DNA of 24,395 nt from the IMG/VR virus record IMGVR_UViG_3300020182_000188, positions 1 to 24,395 of that record; one strand, given 5' to 3'. This document shows positions 24,300 through 24,395 of this stretch, one piece after another. The notes under the pieces are model-generated. The model had not been told where the DNA came from and did not search any database. It saw only the letters and a list, made by a program, of their open reading frames with translations. The number at the start of each line of letters is the position of its first letter. The stretch's first letter is position 1. Made by a program: the position numbers and the translations under genes. This DNA is from a virus. Taxonomy: Duplodnaviria; Caudoviricetes.

Positions 24300-24395
24300 T
24301 TATGACACCGCATATTTGCCGAAGTTTGGTCTGCTCATTATTGAGTAAGTAGCATATCGCACCGCATCAATCAAGTGATTATTTTTATCAACGGG
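24300..24395 (-). CDS. terL: Terminase large subunit, C-terminal 31 aa (truncated by window edge)
   Basis: Translates as PVDKNNHLIDAVRYATYSIMSRPNFGKYAVS*. P.D..NH..DA.RY is the terminal RNase H-domain motif of PBSX/SPP1-type TerL. Confidence 0.8.
   Translation of the reverse strand, partial: PVDKNNHLIDAVRYATYSIMSRPNFGKYAVS

Overview
This window is a 24.4-kb, AT-rich segment of a tailed dsDNA bacteriophage genome, probably siphovirus-like. The host is inferred to be Bacteroidota/Flavobacteriia, from TAnnTTTG promoters and A-rich gene leaders that lack Shine-Dalgarno sequences. Every credible gene is on the minus strand. In transcription order (right to left) the late region holds: the 3' end of the terminase large subunit, a tail-chaperone-like gene pair joined by a T9 -1 slippery site, tail completion, distal-tail and hub genes, tape measure, XkdF-type prohead protease, scaffold, major capsid, tail tube, portal, adaptor, LamG-type fibre and a lysis cassette (small membrane protein, M15 endolysin, holin). 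The early/replication module follows: NinG/Rap, Sak-like annealing protein, SSB, AAA helicase, phage sigma factor, PD-(D/E)xK nuclease and 5'-3' exonuclease. I read about ten small ORFs missing from the ORF track directly from the sequence. The most interesting signals are regulatory. (1) A fixed-spacing motif, AAA-N15-TTATATATWADT, abuts the ATG of four structural genes, suggesting leaderless late mRNAs driven by the phage sigma factor. (2) A ~70-nt unit bounded by a promoter and a terminator has a U-rich 5' end complementary to the A-rich leaders of early genes, making it a candidate antisense sRNA. (3) The -1 frameshift leaves 55 codons open in both frames. All product calls come from motif recognition and synteny only; no database searches were run.
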